The position numbers and the translations under genes are program-made. From NCBI RefSeq assembly GCF_018350175.1, contig NC_058368.1, positions 2,108,001-2,172,000 on the forward strand: a stretch of DNA of 64,000 bases, written 5' to 3'. The notes beneath the pieces are model-generated. The model searched no databases and was not told the origin of the DNA. It saw nothing but the letters and a program-made list of their open reading frames with translations. This stretch comes from Felis catus (Eukaryota). Every line of letters starts with the position of its first letter. Position 1 is the first letter of the stretch. Of this stretch, positions 49,051 to 62,353 are shown in pieces.

Positions 49051-51182
49051 CAGCAAAGTCTCTTCCCAAGAGAGCTCTTTCTTCATCCATGCACTCAAGC
49101 TTCGGACTGGTGGTCAGAAAGCAATGCTTGGCATTCCCAGCTATTAGTTTAGGGAGACGGTCGTCGGCAGGTTGGAAGCTTGTAGGAGATTTACTGTCAG
49201 AACTGATAACGGATGTAAACCAGATTCCCTCAGTTCGTTAGGACAAGATGACAGTATGGGAAGTATTTTCAGAAAGGAAGAAAGAACTCTTTGTGGTGCA
49301 CAGCATTAGTATATAAGGTGTGCCAGGGAATAATTAACATCAGGTGAAAAAAAAGGTCACCTCCAAGACATTAAAAAATCAGCTTGATCTCAGACTTCAT
49401 GGGGACAAAGTTAAAACAGGCAGGGAGTTGTTGCAGAACAGAGTAGAACTCTGACCGTTAAAAAAGAAAAAAAGCTACAAAATTAGGAGGTGATAGGAGG
49501 GTAGCAGTGTGACTCTTTATCTGAAATTTTGTAATTCCTTCTATTTTACTTGTTTTTTCTTCTGTTAAATTCAATGGTGACTTTCGTTAAAAATACGTAT
49601 AATATTTGAAGAATGAATTATATTTTTGAATTATAACTTCATAGTACATATCAAGTATAATGTGCTTGATAATCTTCAAGGTGTCTTTTTCCTGCCTCAT
49701 TGTGTATGTGTACAAGAAGATGCCTACAGTGGTGTTAACATCACTGGTCATTTCTGGCGGGTGAGATTTGGGATATAACTTCCTGCATCCGTGCATGCAG
49801 CTTTTCCTCCTCTGTAAAGTGTGTCAAGTGGAGAAAGGCAGTCATGCGCAGCCTCTCGCCCCATCCTTGCGTGGCTGCATAAGAGTGTCCTGGGCCTGGA
49901 GCTTTTTTACTTGTTTGTTCGTTTGTTTTCCCCAAAGAGATAAGAACCCTCACAGCCTGTGCTGGACGTGTCTCTTTGGCAGTACCTTTCCCTGTTCTGG
50001 GTTTGATGTGCCGTTGTCTGGCACCTGACCGGCCCCACTGCAGTGTCTGTTCCCAGGGGTCCCTTACCTGCAGCACAGGAAGGGTGCGTGCAGACTGTCG
50101 GCGCATCAGCTCCAGGGCGGGACCTGCTGGCGCTGAGGGACCCGCACTCAAGCCAGTCTTGTGCTGTCTTTTCTCTGTGCGAGTAAAGCATCGTTCCCTC
50201 CGTGGTCTGTGTGAGTCGGGTCCGTCTGGGCAACCCCAGTACCCACACAACATGCAGTAGGTTGACATCCTGGGCCTACTGCTCCTGCTGGAAGGCACGG
50301 GTGTGCTCTGTGCCGTCCTCCACGTGATTGGACTCTTCCCCTGGAGGTGGGAACAGCTGTCACTTCTGTGACAGAAGTTTTATACAGAAACGTTTAGAAA
50401 CCGAGATGGAGAGGAGTTGAAGGCAACATATACGGAGTTCCGTAATGAGGTGAAAATAAGGCAGTGGTGGTGGGGAGTGGAGAAGACGATTCGATCTGTG
50501 TTTAGGAGGCAGAAACAACAGAGATGGGAAGAACTTAACAGTGCTTTTAGGTTTATGACCTGAGCGGCTGAGTGGGTCTTGGTAGTTTCAGTGGTAAGAG
50601 GGCAAGGGCATTGTTCTGGGGGTGATGCTTTTGAAGAGTGTCTGGGGTCCTTGTTTCATTTTATAGCACCTTATAGGCAAAGTTGTTTCAGTTCCGCATC
50701 ATCCATTAAGTTCTGAGTTCACATCGTTTCAGGGCAAGAATATGTATTGTCAAAGGAGCCTCTGCTTAGTCTAAAGAAAATTTCATGTTTCATTGGCCTT
50801 CTGGCTCCGTCATCTATAGAACTCTTAAGATTCCATCTTCGAAAGAAAAAACGTTACATGTTTACAAAAACGCTTTCCTGTCATTGAGCCTAAGATGCAT
50901 TTCAACTTTAGACATGATAAAATGTGGAAAAGTATATATGCTTTAGAAACAAGGAAATACAGTTATTTTAAGTGTTTAGGTTAATTTGGATTAGTTATTC
51001 TTAAGGAGGTAAATCACTAGCCCAGAAAGACGTTACATAGCAATGAAAGATAGCAGGTGTAATCCCTTAAAGTCCCTTTTGGCACTAAAAGTCTGACTTT
51101 AGTTCATCAAAATTTCAATCATTGAGGCTGGTAAGGGGCGTTTATGGGGCAAATAGTATTAGCCGCTTTAAAATTAAGTATA

Positions 51183-51300
51183 GGGGGCCCGGCTGACTCC
51201 GTCGGTAGAGCTTGTGACTCCTGATCTCAGGGTTCTGAGTTTGAGCCCTGCGTTGTGTGTTTTGAGAATGCTTAAAAATAAAATCCTAAAAAAAATAATA
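51183..51300 (+). mobile_element. Short-type CAN-SINE upstream of SAP18 exon 3
   Basis: tRNA-like head with A-rich tail. Confidence 0.8.
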
Positions 51301-51435
51301 AGACCTTGACAGCCTCAATTCTAACAGGTCACAATCCAGACACACATAATTAACTCATTATATGTCAATATCCTTGCTATATTACTGTTATATTGTTGAT
51401 TAATCAAATGTAATGTTTTTTTAAAAAAAATTCAG

Positions 51436-51558
51436 GATGGATGCAACTTTGAAAGAACTGACTAGTTTAGTAAAAGAAGTCTACCCAGAAGCTAGAAAGA
51501 AGGGCACACACTTCAATTTTGCAATTGTTTTTACAGATCCTAAAAGGCCTGGCTATCG
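51436..51558 (+). CDS. SAP18: SAP18 coding exon 3
   Basis: ttcag|G ATG GAT GCA...; encodes MDATLKELTSLVKEVYPEARKKGTHFNFAIVFTDPKRPGY(R); donor CG|GTAGGT, 123 nt. Confidence 0.97.
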
Positions 51559-51817
51559 GTAGGTAACTTTTAATTTTTTAATTCCTGTAATCTTTTTGGC
51601 TTTGATATGTTTTAATTGATAGGGATAACCCCTTTTAATGGGCCTCCTATTGGGCAGAAAATAAATTTATATTATCTTAACGTCTGGTTCAGCTTAATGT
51701 AGTAATTAATTTATAACTGTGCCGTAAGATAACGGAGCGAATCCAGTCCAGTGTTTACTTTGCATATTTAGCTTCGTTGGTCTGTGATCCATTAACAGTT
51801 GGTCTCCTTTTCTGCAG

Positions 51818-51974
51818 AGTAAAGGAGATTGGCAGCACCATGTCTGGGAGGAAGGGGACTGATGACTCCATGACCCTGCAGTCGCAGAAGTTCCAAATAG
51901 GAGACTATCTGGACATAGCAATCACCCCTCCAAATCGGGCACCGCCTCCTTCAGGGCGCATGAGACCATATTAA
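51818..51974 (+). CDS. SAP18: SAP18 coding exon 4 (to stop)
   Basis: ttttctgcag|A GTA AAG...; encodes VKEIGSTMSGRKGTDDSMTLQSQKFQIGDYLDIAITPPNRAPPPSGRMRPY*; exons sum to 519 nt = 172 aa plus stop. Confidence 0.98.
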
Positions 51975-52019
51975 ATTTTATTTACTATTCCTTGAATTAT
52001 TTTTCGTTCAGTTGTGTAA

Positions 52020-52025
52020 AATAAA
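52020..52025 (+). terminator. Candidate proximal poly(A) signal of SAP18
   Basis: AATAAA about 45 nt after the stop codon; a variant AATACA lies at 52203-52208. Confidence 0.55.
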
Positions 52026-55000
52026 CTTTTTCCTCCCCTCGTCATTGCCATTAAGCCTTTAAACTCTAAACGAATTGTAATGCGTCTCCTTAGGAATTAG
52101 ATTTGGCTGTGTTGGGTATTAACAGAACGTCCATGTTTCTGGTCCTTCCATAAAATAATGAAGAAAAGTGCTCTTAGCATCCGATGTAAAACTGTATTGT
52201 CAAATACATGTGTGCAATCAACCGGAGTGTGAAAGTTCATGGCGATGGGAACAGGGTTTAATTAGCATTTGGGGTTTATGCCGAGTAGTGGAGGATGTTG
52301 TGTTGAAGCCCGAGTGGGGCAGAGTGACACAGCCGTGGTATGGCACGAAATAGAGTGCGAGCTCGTGGCCCGGCCGCTCCGTGCAGGTAGAACTAGGGTG
52401 AGGTGGCTGGCAGAGGCGTCTTGCGGGAGCACGAGCCGAAGCGAGTTGAAGAAGCCATGTGTGCTGGAAGAGATCGCGCCGTCTGAATCAAGGTACGGTG
52501 ACATAACAAGTTAGAGGAGGATGGGTGCCACGGGGCGTTTTCTGTTTTAAAAATGGGGAGAATAGGCATTTTGAAGACAGGAACCCCTAGCGAGGAAATC
52601 AGGGTGAGAACTTAGGTGAGGGTGGAAAGGTTTCCCTTGAAGATCTGAAAATGGAGGGAGGGATGAAAGCAGAATCTTGAGACCTGGGAGCAGAGCCAGG
52701 GAGGAGGCCCAGTGGAACGAGTAGGAGATCGTCTCGCGTGCCGGTGAGGGGCCGGGGGGACGGGCTTGCGTCTGAGTATGTGGTTGGAGGGTCCGCGAGC
52801 GTGATGCTAAAGACCGGCTGGGATGACGTAATCTGGTTGCACCAGGAGCTCCGCAGCCGCGGACCCGTTGCTTGAATCTGTGTGTGTTTGTAAAAGAGGG
52901 ATGATGGCACACAGGATTAGGTGTCTGCAAAGGCCTGACCTGTAAGCCACCGTAAATCCTACCTGTTTTCCGTAAGGTCGAGTTTAGTCACACCTGGAAC
53001 CGGTCTTCCGTGGCACTCTTGTTCCCGTCTTGAAGTGTATGGACCATGTGGCCGCTGGGGAATAAGCCTAAATTAGGTTAGTGGATTACAGGAGGAAATG
53101 GAAGGCGTATATTCCAGAATGAAAGACGGGGTGCTGGCAGTGGATTTGAGAGTCCAACTGCAGTTTTGTACACACAGAAGCAGCCTTTTAAATGTGACGG
53201 GATGGGCCCCCCATCGCGAAGGCCGTCACCAGGCGGCAGAGACCAGCTTGGAGCTTAGATCTAATCTCGGGCCTCTTCTCTGAAGTTTACCCCAAACTCT
53301 TAGATTCTGTATTCATTCAGACTAGATGGACTTGAGTTCTGGAGATCATAACAGTAATTTCAACCTTTTTTTTTTTTTTTTTTTTTTTGAGAAGAAGAGC
53401 CATGGTCCCTTCCTGTGTGTGGGAAGAAACTGATTTACTGTGCAGACGGCAAAAGCAGGAACTAAATTCAGGACCTTCGTAAGACAGTGTTTCCCATGAT
53501 GTGAACCGCAGTGAGGGCTCTCCTGTAATTCCAGGTTATTGTCTTAGTAGTCTTAAAGTGGTTTATTTGCTTGGTTCCAACGTGGAATTTTCCCTTTAAA
53601 GATTGCGGTCTTCCACCGAAAGTACAGTTAAGGACTATCTAATGAACTTATTACTGACTATAATACTAAGAATCAGAAGACTTGTACTTAGTCCTTGTTT
53701 ACGTTTGGCTTTGGTAAGTATGGCTTTGGGTAAGTAACTGAGCCGCTTCCTTAAATACAAAATAGAAATAAATGGTCACCGTGACAGCACCGTGCTCAGT
53801 GCGTAGCATCCTGACTGCCTCGCTTGCTCTTAGGGTATTTTGGAGTTGAAATTTTCCCTTTGGAGTATGTGTTGTAGTTCACGTGTTGCCTGTAATAACT
53901 TTCCGGTTTCCTCACAGTGTATGTGAACTTGGCATTTTGAGGTATTTACCAGATGTTCAATAGGGAGTCTCGCCATTACATTCTATTTAGGTTTTACGAA
54001 ACACGACTGGGACCGTCCTATCCATAGTGATCCCTGGCTCAGGTGATGTTTGAGACAGCAGTGTGCACGTGTGTGTGAGCACGCGCAGGCCTGTGAGGGG
54101 GAGAGAGCTATTAAACTGTTAGCTTAGGTTGAAAATTCTAAAATTTAAGCGCTGTTATTCTTAAATAAAGAGCTGAACTTAGCCTGCCTCTTTCTATTCA
54201 ATCAGACACGAATTCCAGACTTGGTTTCGGGGAAACTGAGGAGGCAGCACCCGGAAACAGCTTCTCAGAATTACAGTCAGTGCTGGGCTGTGCCCGGCAC
54301 GAGGAACTTGACTGCGTTTCCTCACTGAACCTTGACAGCCAAGCTACGGAGACCGTGGTTCCATCTAGCGATCAGGTGGGGGCCTGCTTCAAGCGGGCAC
54401 CGCTGTGGGGCACGCGCATCCAGGTACCCAGCCAAAGGAAATGTACGTTCCCCCAAGTAGGGTTCTTTGGCGGTTTCTTTCGTTCTCGCCTCTGCAGCCT
54501 GGCTCCCACTCACGTTGCAGGGCTGCTTCCTGCAGGAAATCTCCCCGCCACAACTGGTTTCTCCCAGGGGCCAGTCGTCTGGAGTATGTAGACCGGTTTC
54601 AGTGTTTGTACAAACCAAGCCACCCATCGTGAGTGAAACCAGAGCTCCCAGCCGAGAGTTTCAGAGCAGCCGGACGGGGTCCGTGTGTTCCGATTTGTAT
54701 TTTGCTGCTTGACTGCGGGTGGTTTTGCCGATAGCTGTAGTTTCTTGGAGCCCACAGTGGAACCAAACCCGAAGGAAGTCTGTTTCTCAGGGATTTTCTC
54801 CCCCCCCCCCCCCCCCGTAATCCCTGGCAGGGGAATAAGCTCAAGCCTAAAAAGCAATTTTAATACTAAATACTAAGAAAATAGTTTTGTTAAACAGAAA
54901 TCCTGATCCTGGGAATGTTATGCAGAATTTATTATAGAAAGGTGTTATTACAAAACCAACCTTGAGTTGTGGGGAGGAGCCAATGAAATGCTGCTGAGTG

Positions 55001-56179
55001 TGCGTCATGGTGAATATTCAGTTAAAGTGCTGTTTACTAAGGAAGAAGAAAAAAAGCATTTGTGGCCCCTTGTTTTGTGCCTTCGGTGGTCAGAATTTCC
55101 TGTCCAGGCTAGCAGCTCCTAAGAAAAGTGCAGATGGGAGTTGATGAAATTAAAGCAGTTTCAATTGTGAATGAGGTGAACCTCCCGAGGCATTTTTCAC
55201 ACCTGTAAATTGTAGAGTCCCTGTTGGGAGTTGTTGGAATCTGTGCTGTTCCTGATTACTTCAGCTCCCCTCGTGCTTCTCAGTACTTTGCCGGGACAAA
55301 ATACATGTAAGAGTGCCCGTCGGATAGCAGGTGCCGTGGGCCTGGCAGTACACCAATAAACCTGAGCCACATACGGATCCTTAGAGAGTCTTCCAGTCTA
55401 GGGGTGCCTGGCAGCCGAGTCAGTTGAGCATCTGGCTTCGGCTCCGGTCACGATCTCACAGCTCGGTTTGTGAGGTCGAGCCCCGCGTCGGACTCCGTGC
55501 TGAGCGCTCGGAGCCTGGAGTCCGCTTCCGATTCTGTCTCCCTCTCTCTCTGCCCCTCCCCCGTTCACACTCTGTGTCTCTCTTTCTCTCTCTCTCCTTC
55601 AAAAATAAAAAATTTTTTTTAAAACTCTTCCAGTCTAGTCACGGAAGTGTAACTGGTAACAGGTGGGTCGGAAGGTGTCACGACGAAGGTAATCACTGCT
55701 GAAAATGGCACTGGAGCTTGTCCAGCTCCTAAGGGCAGCTGGGTCGGATTTCTGTTCCCCATGTGGGATCTGGCAAGGGCCAAGGCACGGATGTGAGGAG
55801 GTAGGCGCTGAAGTGCCTGGTGGCTGGAGTAGATACAAAGGAAATGTCTGATGCCACTGCGGTAACTTAGGTGCGAATCGCAGTAGCGGCAGAGGGCAGA
55901 GGGGAGGGAACACGTCCAGAGATGTGAGGCCAGCAGAAAGAGTTGGAAGCGGGATCTGGGCTGGGACGCGGGACCTGGCAAAGGAAAGTCAGGCACTAGA
56001 GTAGAGCCACGGTTTACTCGTGTGCAAGTTGGCATGAGAGTACTCGATCCTTCGTAGGAGTTGATCCAAGAATTGGTTCACGTGTTTAGAACTGTGCCTC
56101 GCATGGTAAGACGTTTACCACTGTTTCAGTAGCTTAAGTTGCTGGGTGTCTACATGACGAACAAAAGCAACCAAGGTAC

Positions 56180-57210
56180 TTGCCGTCTTCGAGCTCGCGG
56201 TCCGTTCGTAGCCACAAAAACGTACACCCAAGCATACCACAAATTCTGCCGCCCGTCGTGAAGGGTGAAAATACGGTGTCAGAAAGAACCAGGCGGGAGG
56301 GCCTCCGGGACCGGGGAGAGAGTGACACTGACCCCGAGACCTGAGGCAGATGGCCCCAAACGCCTCTGAAATGGCCAGGAAACTCCAGCTAGCGAGGCAG
56401 AGGAGCTTGCGAAGCATTTAACCGAAAGGCCCCAGGCCGGAGCTGGCCGGCTGCAGGCCCGGCCGGAAGATCGGGCTCGGCGCCGCCACCCCGCGACTCG
56501 CGCTCTCCGGCCGGGGCTCCGTCCCCTTCGCGGTGAGAAGATGGCGGCTGGCAGCCGCGGCCGTGCGTCCCGGCACGTCGAGGCAATGGGCGCGCGGTTT
56601 TGTTCACCGGCGGTTCCCGGAAGTCCCGGGATCGGCCCTCGCAGGCTTGACGTGGGCCAAAGGCCCGGCGCCGGCCGCTGTGGCCCGGGGCTCGGCTGTG
56701 AGTTCTTCCGGGAAACCTGGAATGCCGTTTCCCCTTAAAGGCCGGTGGTGGGCGGACTGACGCGGAACCTCCAGCCACCGGAGGGCATGCGCTAAGCGGG
56801 GCGGCCGGGGAAAGTTCCTTCGAGAGCAGTGTGTGGGGGGCCCCGCGGCAGGAAGGGGCGGAAAAGGCGAGTTGGCCTGTGCGGCGAGAGCACGAGCTGC
56901 GAGCGAAGAGGGAGAAGTGGCCCGAGGTCAGATCGCATAGGGCCGCGGAGGCCGCCTCAGAGATCTTGGGTTTCATTTCGAAAGCACAGGGGGACACTGA
57001 AGGGTTTTAAGCCAGGAGACAGGCTTGCCGGATCCTAACCCTCGGAGCTTAATACACTGGAAGCATCGCAGCGCGAAGTAACGGGAACTAGGGCCATGGG
57101 GGAAAAGTGGAAAGGGTCGGGGGGAGAAGTTTCGGGCACATGGAAGTCGAGGGGCCGCCGCGAAAAAAGCAGGCGACCGGAAACGCTTACTTCGCTCTTT
57201 ATTTCGCATC
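56180..57210. promoter_or_regulatory. Orphan CpG island between SAP18 and SKA3 3' ends
   Basis: About 1 kb CpG-dense; several CCGGAA ETS cores, GGGGCGG boxes, GAAGATGGCGGC (YY1/TISU) near 56537-56548. Confidence 0.65.
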
Positions 57211-59066
57211 TTAAGACACCTGAGGCTTCTCACCCCCACCCTCTCTCCAGTCCACTGCGAACTTCCTTCCCTGGGTCCCCGTCAATGTTAGTGCTGTCGG
57301 GGGCTCCTGGGTGGCTCAGTGGGTACAGCATCCAACTTTGGCTCAGGTCATGATCTCACGGTTCACGGGTTTGAACTGTGTGTCCGGCTCGGTGCTGACA
57401 GCTGGGGGCCTGGGGCCTGCCTCGGATGCTGTGCCTCCCTCTCTGCCCCTCCCACGCTCTCTCAAAAACAAAGGTAAAAAACAAAAAAAACTAGTGCCGT
57501 CAACGACCTGTTTCGCCAAGCCCAGTGGTCGCTTCTGTCTTTTCACTCGGATCCTCAGCAATGTTGATAGAGTTGATCACTCTCTGTGAAATATTTTCTG
57601 CCTTCACTGGCCCCTTCTCGACCTCCTTTGCTACATTGCTCCACCTCTTTCCGTCTTCCAAAGTTAGGGGAACCCCAGGCTTGAGTCCCGAATATGCTTC
57701 AAGTCCACCCCTCCCTCCTTCGACCGTCTCGTCTGCTCTTCGATCTATGTGCGTGTAGCTCCAGAAAACCGCCAACAAGAGCTTGACAGCAATTCGGGAG
57801 TCATATATAAAATTGACCAGAGCTTTCCCTTGAAAAATAAAACTGAAAAACTTGCAGATAATTATGTTACACTACATTTAACAAAAATTAAGTTATAACC
57901 ACATAGTAATTCCTAGAACAAAGAATCATCAAGTGTTGTTTTAGGGATGATCTTCTAACAGGATGAAAAGAGCACAGTAGGACAGGTCTTCACATTGGAC
58001 TTCCGAGGCACAGGCCTAAGAGAGGGTCGGGTAATCTTTCCTGCGTCAAATTTCCCAAACCTAAGCCTTTGAAGGTTAGTAGGTTTGGGACACTGAAGCA
58101 CCTTGTCAAGATACTTGCAAACTGCTGCTTCTCAATTTTAACTGGTGTCCACAGAGGACAGGCCCTTCTTTTCCCTCTGGTTGTAATCTGGAGTTCGCCA
58201 GCATTACTTGCATGAATTTAGAACTACTTCCTGGGCTTGGACAGGGAGGCCTGAAGCTATCAGAGGGCTCAAGAGACAAGGGTCTCTGCCTCCTGGGGTC
58301 CCAGGTGACAGTCCACAGAAGGGCACCTGGCCCAGGAAGAGTCCTCAAAACCTTCCACATAGAGGCTCAGGGTGTGCTGGGTGGCCAAGCTGGAGAGAGG
58401 GAACGCTGAGAGGGTCAGCAGCCACGTGGCGGATGGAGTGGACTGGAGAGGACAGAACTGACGCGCACCAAGAAGCTGTGAGTAAAAACAAAAGGCACGC
58501 GTCCTGATGGGTGAGCCCCTGGCTCTGGTGGTCCGCCCGAGGCCGTCCGCGGTATAGTCACCCAGGCCTGCGGCCTCCTCCTTCTTCCTAAATTAACTTA
58601 AGCTGTCATCTGTAGACAACAGTCTTAAGAGAGCGCTGCTGAACTAAAAGGTGTGAAAGGCTCAGGGACAGTCGTGAGAGGAGACAGGAGAAGGACAGAG
58701 CCAGAATCAAGGGAGGAGCCCAGCTCTGGCTGACGGCACCACCACCCCGCCACGAGAAGATCAGGATGGCCTTGTCGGAAGTCACAAACACTTAAGAACT
58801 TTAAACTTTTTACCCTGCGTCCTAGTATCTCTCAACCATTTTGTTAGATCAGGCAGGTGAATGTGAAGTCAGTGCAGTTGTAACGACAACTTTAACGACG
58901 GAGGTTAAATGGAGTCAAATCTTAACAAAAAGCACATCTGTGTCCGTGTTCATCTTTACTCTGGGCTGGTCTGGAAAAAGGGGGAAGATGTGGGGCTACA
59001 CGACGAGTCCATCCCGCTCCGCTTCCACCGCCTTCTGTTCTGTGTCTACAAAACTTGCAAAGTTTT
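57180..59066 (-). other. SKA3: SKA3 terminal exon / 3' UTR (3' end uncertain)
   Basis: Strong acceptor ctttgtatctttttgcag|A at 59066 completing a TG|A stop; first canonical minus-strand AATAAA I found is at 57203-57198. Confidence 0.6.
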
Positions 59067-59372
59067 CTGCAAAAAGATACAAAGTTTAAGAAAAATCCGT
59101 GAGCTATAATAGACATCAACAACACAAATGACAGAACACTGTGACTATATATTTTTGCACTTAGAAAATCGTGTGCCCAGTGACATCCTACTTGCTAGTG
59201 TGGGGATCTGAACTGCAGGGACAGCAAGCTCAGTATCCCGAGAGCTAGAGTTGGGCTGTTAACCTGTTAAGCTGGCAAATGTCAAAACATTTTACTACCA
59301 TCTGAATGCTCATTTGTAAGTGTCTTCCTCCAATAACACAGGTGATTTCTCTGGAATGGCGCCTACCTTCAC

Positions 59373-59497
59373 CAGTTTTCTTTGTTGCCAGCACTTTGAA
59401 CACTCGGTGCTCCGTATTTGGCGAGGAACGCTTTGCCGGGTGGCACGGCTCTCACTGCCACTGGAGTAGCTAGGTTCGAGTTGTATTTTGATAAAAT
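59373..59497 (-). CDS. SKA3: SKA3 last major coding exon
   Basis: ttttgtttcag|ATT TTA TCA...; [41 protein letters not shown] matches the SKA3 C-terminus ([11 protein letters not shown]...NKEN); tandem donors at 59373 and 59367. Confidence 0.93.
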
Positions 59498-61235
59498 CTG
59501 AAACAAAACAAATTCCTTTTTATCAAGTCCCAAGAACTACACAACAAACTTGGAAGGTGTTATAAAATACTCAAGAAAAGCCAAGAAAAGGGGCTCAGCT
59601 CAGTCGGTTAAGTGTCCGACTCTTGGTTTTGGCTCAGGTCATGACCTCACGGTTTGTGAGTTTGAGCCCCGCGTCGGGCTCTGTGCTGACAGTGTGGAGT
59701 CTGCTCAGGATTCTCTCTCTCCCTCTCTTTCTGCCCCTCCCCCACTTTTTCTCAAAAAATAAACTTACCGCCCCAAAAAATCTTTAAAAAAAAAAAGCCA
59801 AGAAAAATGTAAAAATATGGGTTATTTGAAACAGTTATTTTTCAGCAGCACAGACATTCAACAGCAAAGAAAGGATGGAGTTTGAAATTGAACTTTGATG
59901 TAGAGGCTTGACTTCTGAAGCCTTCTAAAATGTACTCTAAGATTAGTGGAAGTAAAATAAGCAGCAACATATCCCCGAGAGCAAATTAAGCCTTTACAAC
60001 ACTGTCAGGGAAAATGTATCTAGGAAAGAGGCAAAATATGTGTTCAAAAGATGATCAGCTATTAAAGATTATGAAAAGGAGACTCTGAAATATCAGCTAT
60101 GATTTTTTTTCACAAAGAGGTGATACATGAAATACAAGGATCCCCCCCTTTCACGTAGAAATAAAAAGGAGGATCGACCACAGCAAAGTAGAAACTCTAG
60201 ATAAACTCCTATAAAGATAGAAGACGCTCACCCGATTTTCTAATGTCCAGAAAAACAGAGAAGACCGAAAATAAAGGGTAGCAAATACTTTCTTGATATC
60301 ACAGGATGAGTCCGCTCTCTTGGCATTTAGGTATTACTCCAAGTAGCCACGGCTCTCCACAAGCTAGGTAGTTTGCGAGAACGGTTCTGAACGGCTCCAC
60401 TTGCCTAAGTGACAGCTGCCACTCTAACTTCTATTAGGGTGGGGATGACTGGTGGTGATGGGGTAGAGTTGGTAGTCCTTACAGATCAGTAGTAGACTAG
60501 AGGTAAGTGGTGTACAAAACAATCAGACATTCTTGGGGCGCCTGGGTGGCTCAGTCGGTGAAGCGTCCAACTCTCGATTTCGGTTCAGGTCATGATCTCA
60601 CAGTTCGTAGGACAGAGCCCTGAGTCGAGCTCTGTGCTGACGGCGCAGAGCCTGCTTGGGATTCTTTCCTTCCCTCGCTCTCTGCCCCTCCCCCGCTCAC
60701 GCCTGTGCACTTGTGTGCTCTCTTATAAATACATAAACATTAAAAAAAAAGAATCAGATATTCTAACATGTAAGTCAGTGTTTCTCAAACTGATGTCCAA
60801 GATGTCTCAGGTTCAAGAAACACTGATATGTATCCATGATACCCTACCCTGGAGAATGGGGGGGTACGTGGCATTTCCGATTTTGCCAGCCATACCTCCA
60901 ATGGAAAAAATGGTCAACGTGGCAATGGCAGTTGAACAATTATTATAAAATATTATAAGAGGACATTTCAGAACATGAAGTTGAAGGTAAAGAGAAAATG
61001 CACCATGAGAAAATAAAAGTATGATGAAATCCTGAGCCCATGCTCAGTCTGAAGAGCCTTATCCAGGTACTCTCAGAAGGGACTGAGAGCCCAGAATTCG
61101 GATTTTCTCAGTACACAAACCAGCACATTAGCCCGATGAGAAATAAGATGGTTTTTATACAGTTTCAGGTCGTTAATATAAATGTCTAATTTTGAAAAGA
61201 ATGTATCAGAGAAAGAAACAGCCTGGGAAAATAAC

Positions 61236-61439
61236 CTGAAGAATATCTTCTGGAATGGTAGTGACTTCTGGAGGTGTAGGTGTTCTCAGTAGATTCTCGT
61301 AAGAAGAAATTACAGGAGAAGAGGGATCCGCAAAACTCTCAAAACACTTCTCCGAATTTAAAACTAACGATGTACAGTCTTTCATTTCCAAATCGTTTGA
61401 TGAACTATTTGTTTCCGATAATGGATAATTTGTGGATCC
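61236..61439 (-). CDS. SKA3: SKA3 coding exon (204 nt)
   Basis: caatag|GGA TCC ACA...; [68 protein letters not shown] with the conserved TPTPPEVT motif; donor CAG|GTTATT; phase 0-0. Confidence 0.96.
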
Positions 61440-61989
61440 CTATTGAACAGAAGTAAGTCATTAAATTATGATGGCATAAAATACAGTAAATAAAAATTAG
61501 TCAATTTTAGTTCTGTCGCACAAAAATGACCCGCTCTTCCTCGACCGATTACTAAAGAAAATGGAGGAAACAAAGAAATGGCACATGGAGAACAAAATAC
61601 TCTCTTCTTACTAATAAAGGCTAAGCTACAGCTTATTATGAAAACTAAACGGGCCTGACTGAACAAGGTTAGAGGGACTCACCCACCCAGTTTCAGGCAA
61701 CACTAAGCTGTCCCAGGTAAGAGTAACACCATGGATGAGCAAAAGTGTGACCACACGCCCTCACTCTTGACACAAAGAAAGCCCGTGTGAGGTAACCTTA
61801 GCATGCAATTCGTGCTAACCTGAACAACCCAGTAAATCACTTCCTCTCTCTAGGGTCAGAGTTAATAGAGTCACATCAGCAGGGGGCCTTCCACAAGAAC
61901 AGGAACACAAGGAGTGAATTCATTGTAAGTGGCAAGTACTAGCAGGAGATAACCTGATAGGTACTTCAACTGATACTAGTATTTTGTCC

Positions 61990-62130
61990 GTCTAGCTATT
62001 CCGTCCAATAGAGTAGCAACAAGCCACACGGGTCTATTTAGATTTAATTTGAAATTCATCAAGTTTTTAAAAGTAAAAATTAGCTTCTCAGATGTACTAG
62101 CCACATTTTACGGATAGCCCAGCCTACTGT
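61990..62130. mobile_element. MER3/MER33-like hAT-Charlie fragment
   Basis: gtccaatagagtagcaacaagccacacgggtctattta...actagccacattt. Confidence 0.6.
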
Positions 62131-62315
62131 GTTGGTTGTCTTAAGTGCTCATAGTGACTTCAAAAAAGGGAGGAGGTATGATTATATTAATTTGTTCATC
62201 GAGTAATATTTGGAAAAAGCATAAAAATCACCCATGAATCTGTGACCTGGAGACAATCACATTTTGGTGTGTTTTTATCCATTCTTTTATTCTTTTTACT
62301 TGAAATAAAATATAT

Positions 62316-62318
<3 letters not shown>

Positions 62319-62350
<32 letters not shown>
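62319..62350. repeat. (GT)n microsatellite in SKA3 intron
   Basis: Direct observation. Confidence 0.95.

Positions 62351-62353
<3 letters not shown>

Larger units (their letters stand above)
55401..60750 (+). mobile_element. Dispersed (+) CAN-SINEs at about 55401-55625, 57299-57490, 59590-59795, 60536-60750
   Basis: SINE consensus features; the span is a grouping, not one element. Confidence 0.85.

Noticed and set aside
56541..56738. 65-aa ORF with a TISU-context ATG
   Set aside because: No recognisable homology and GC-driven composition; kept only as part of the island finding
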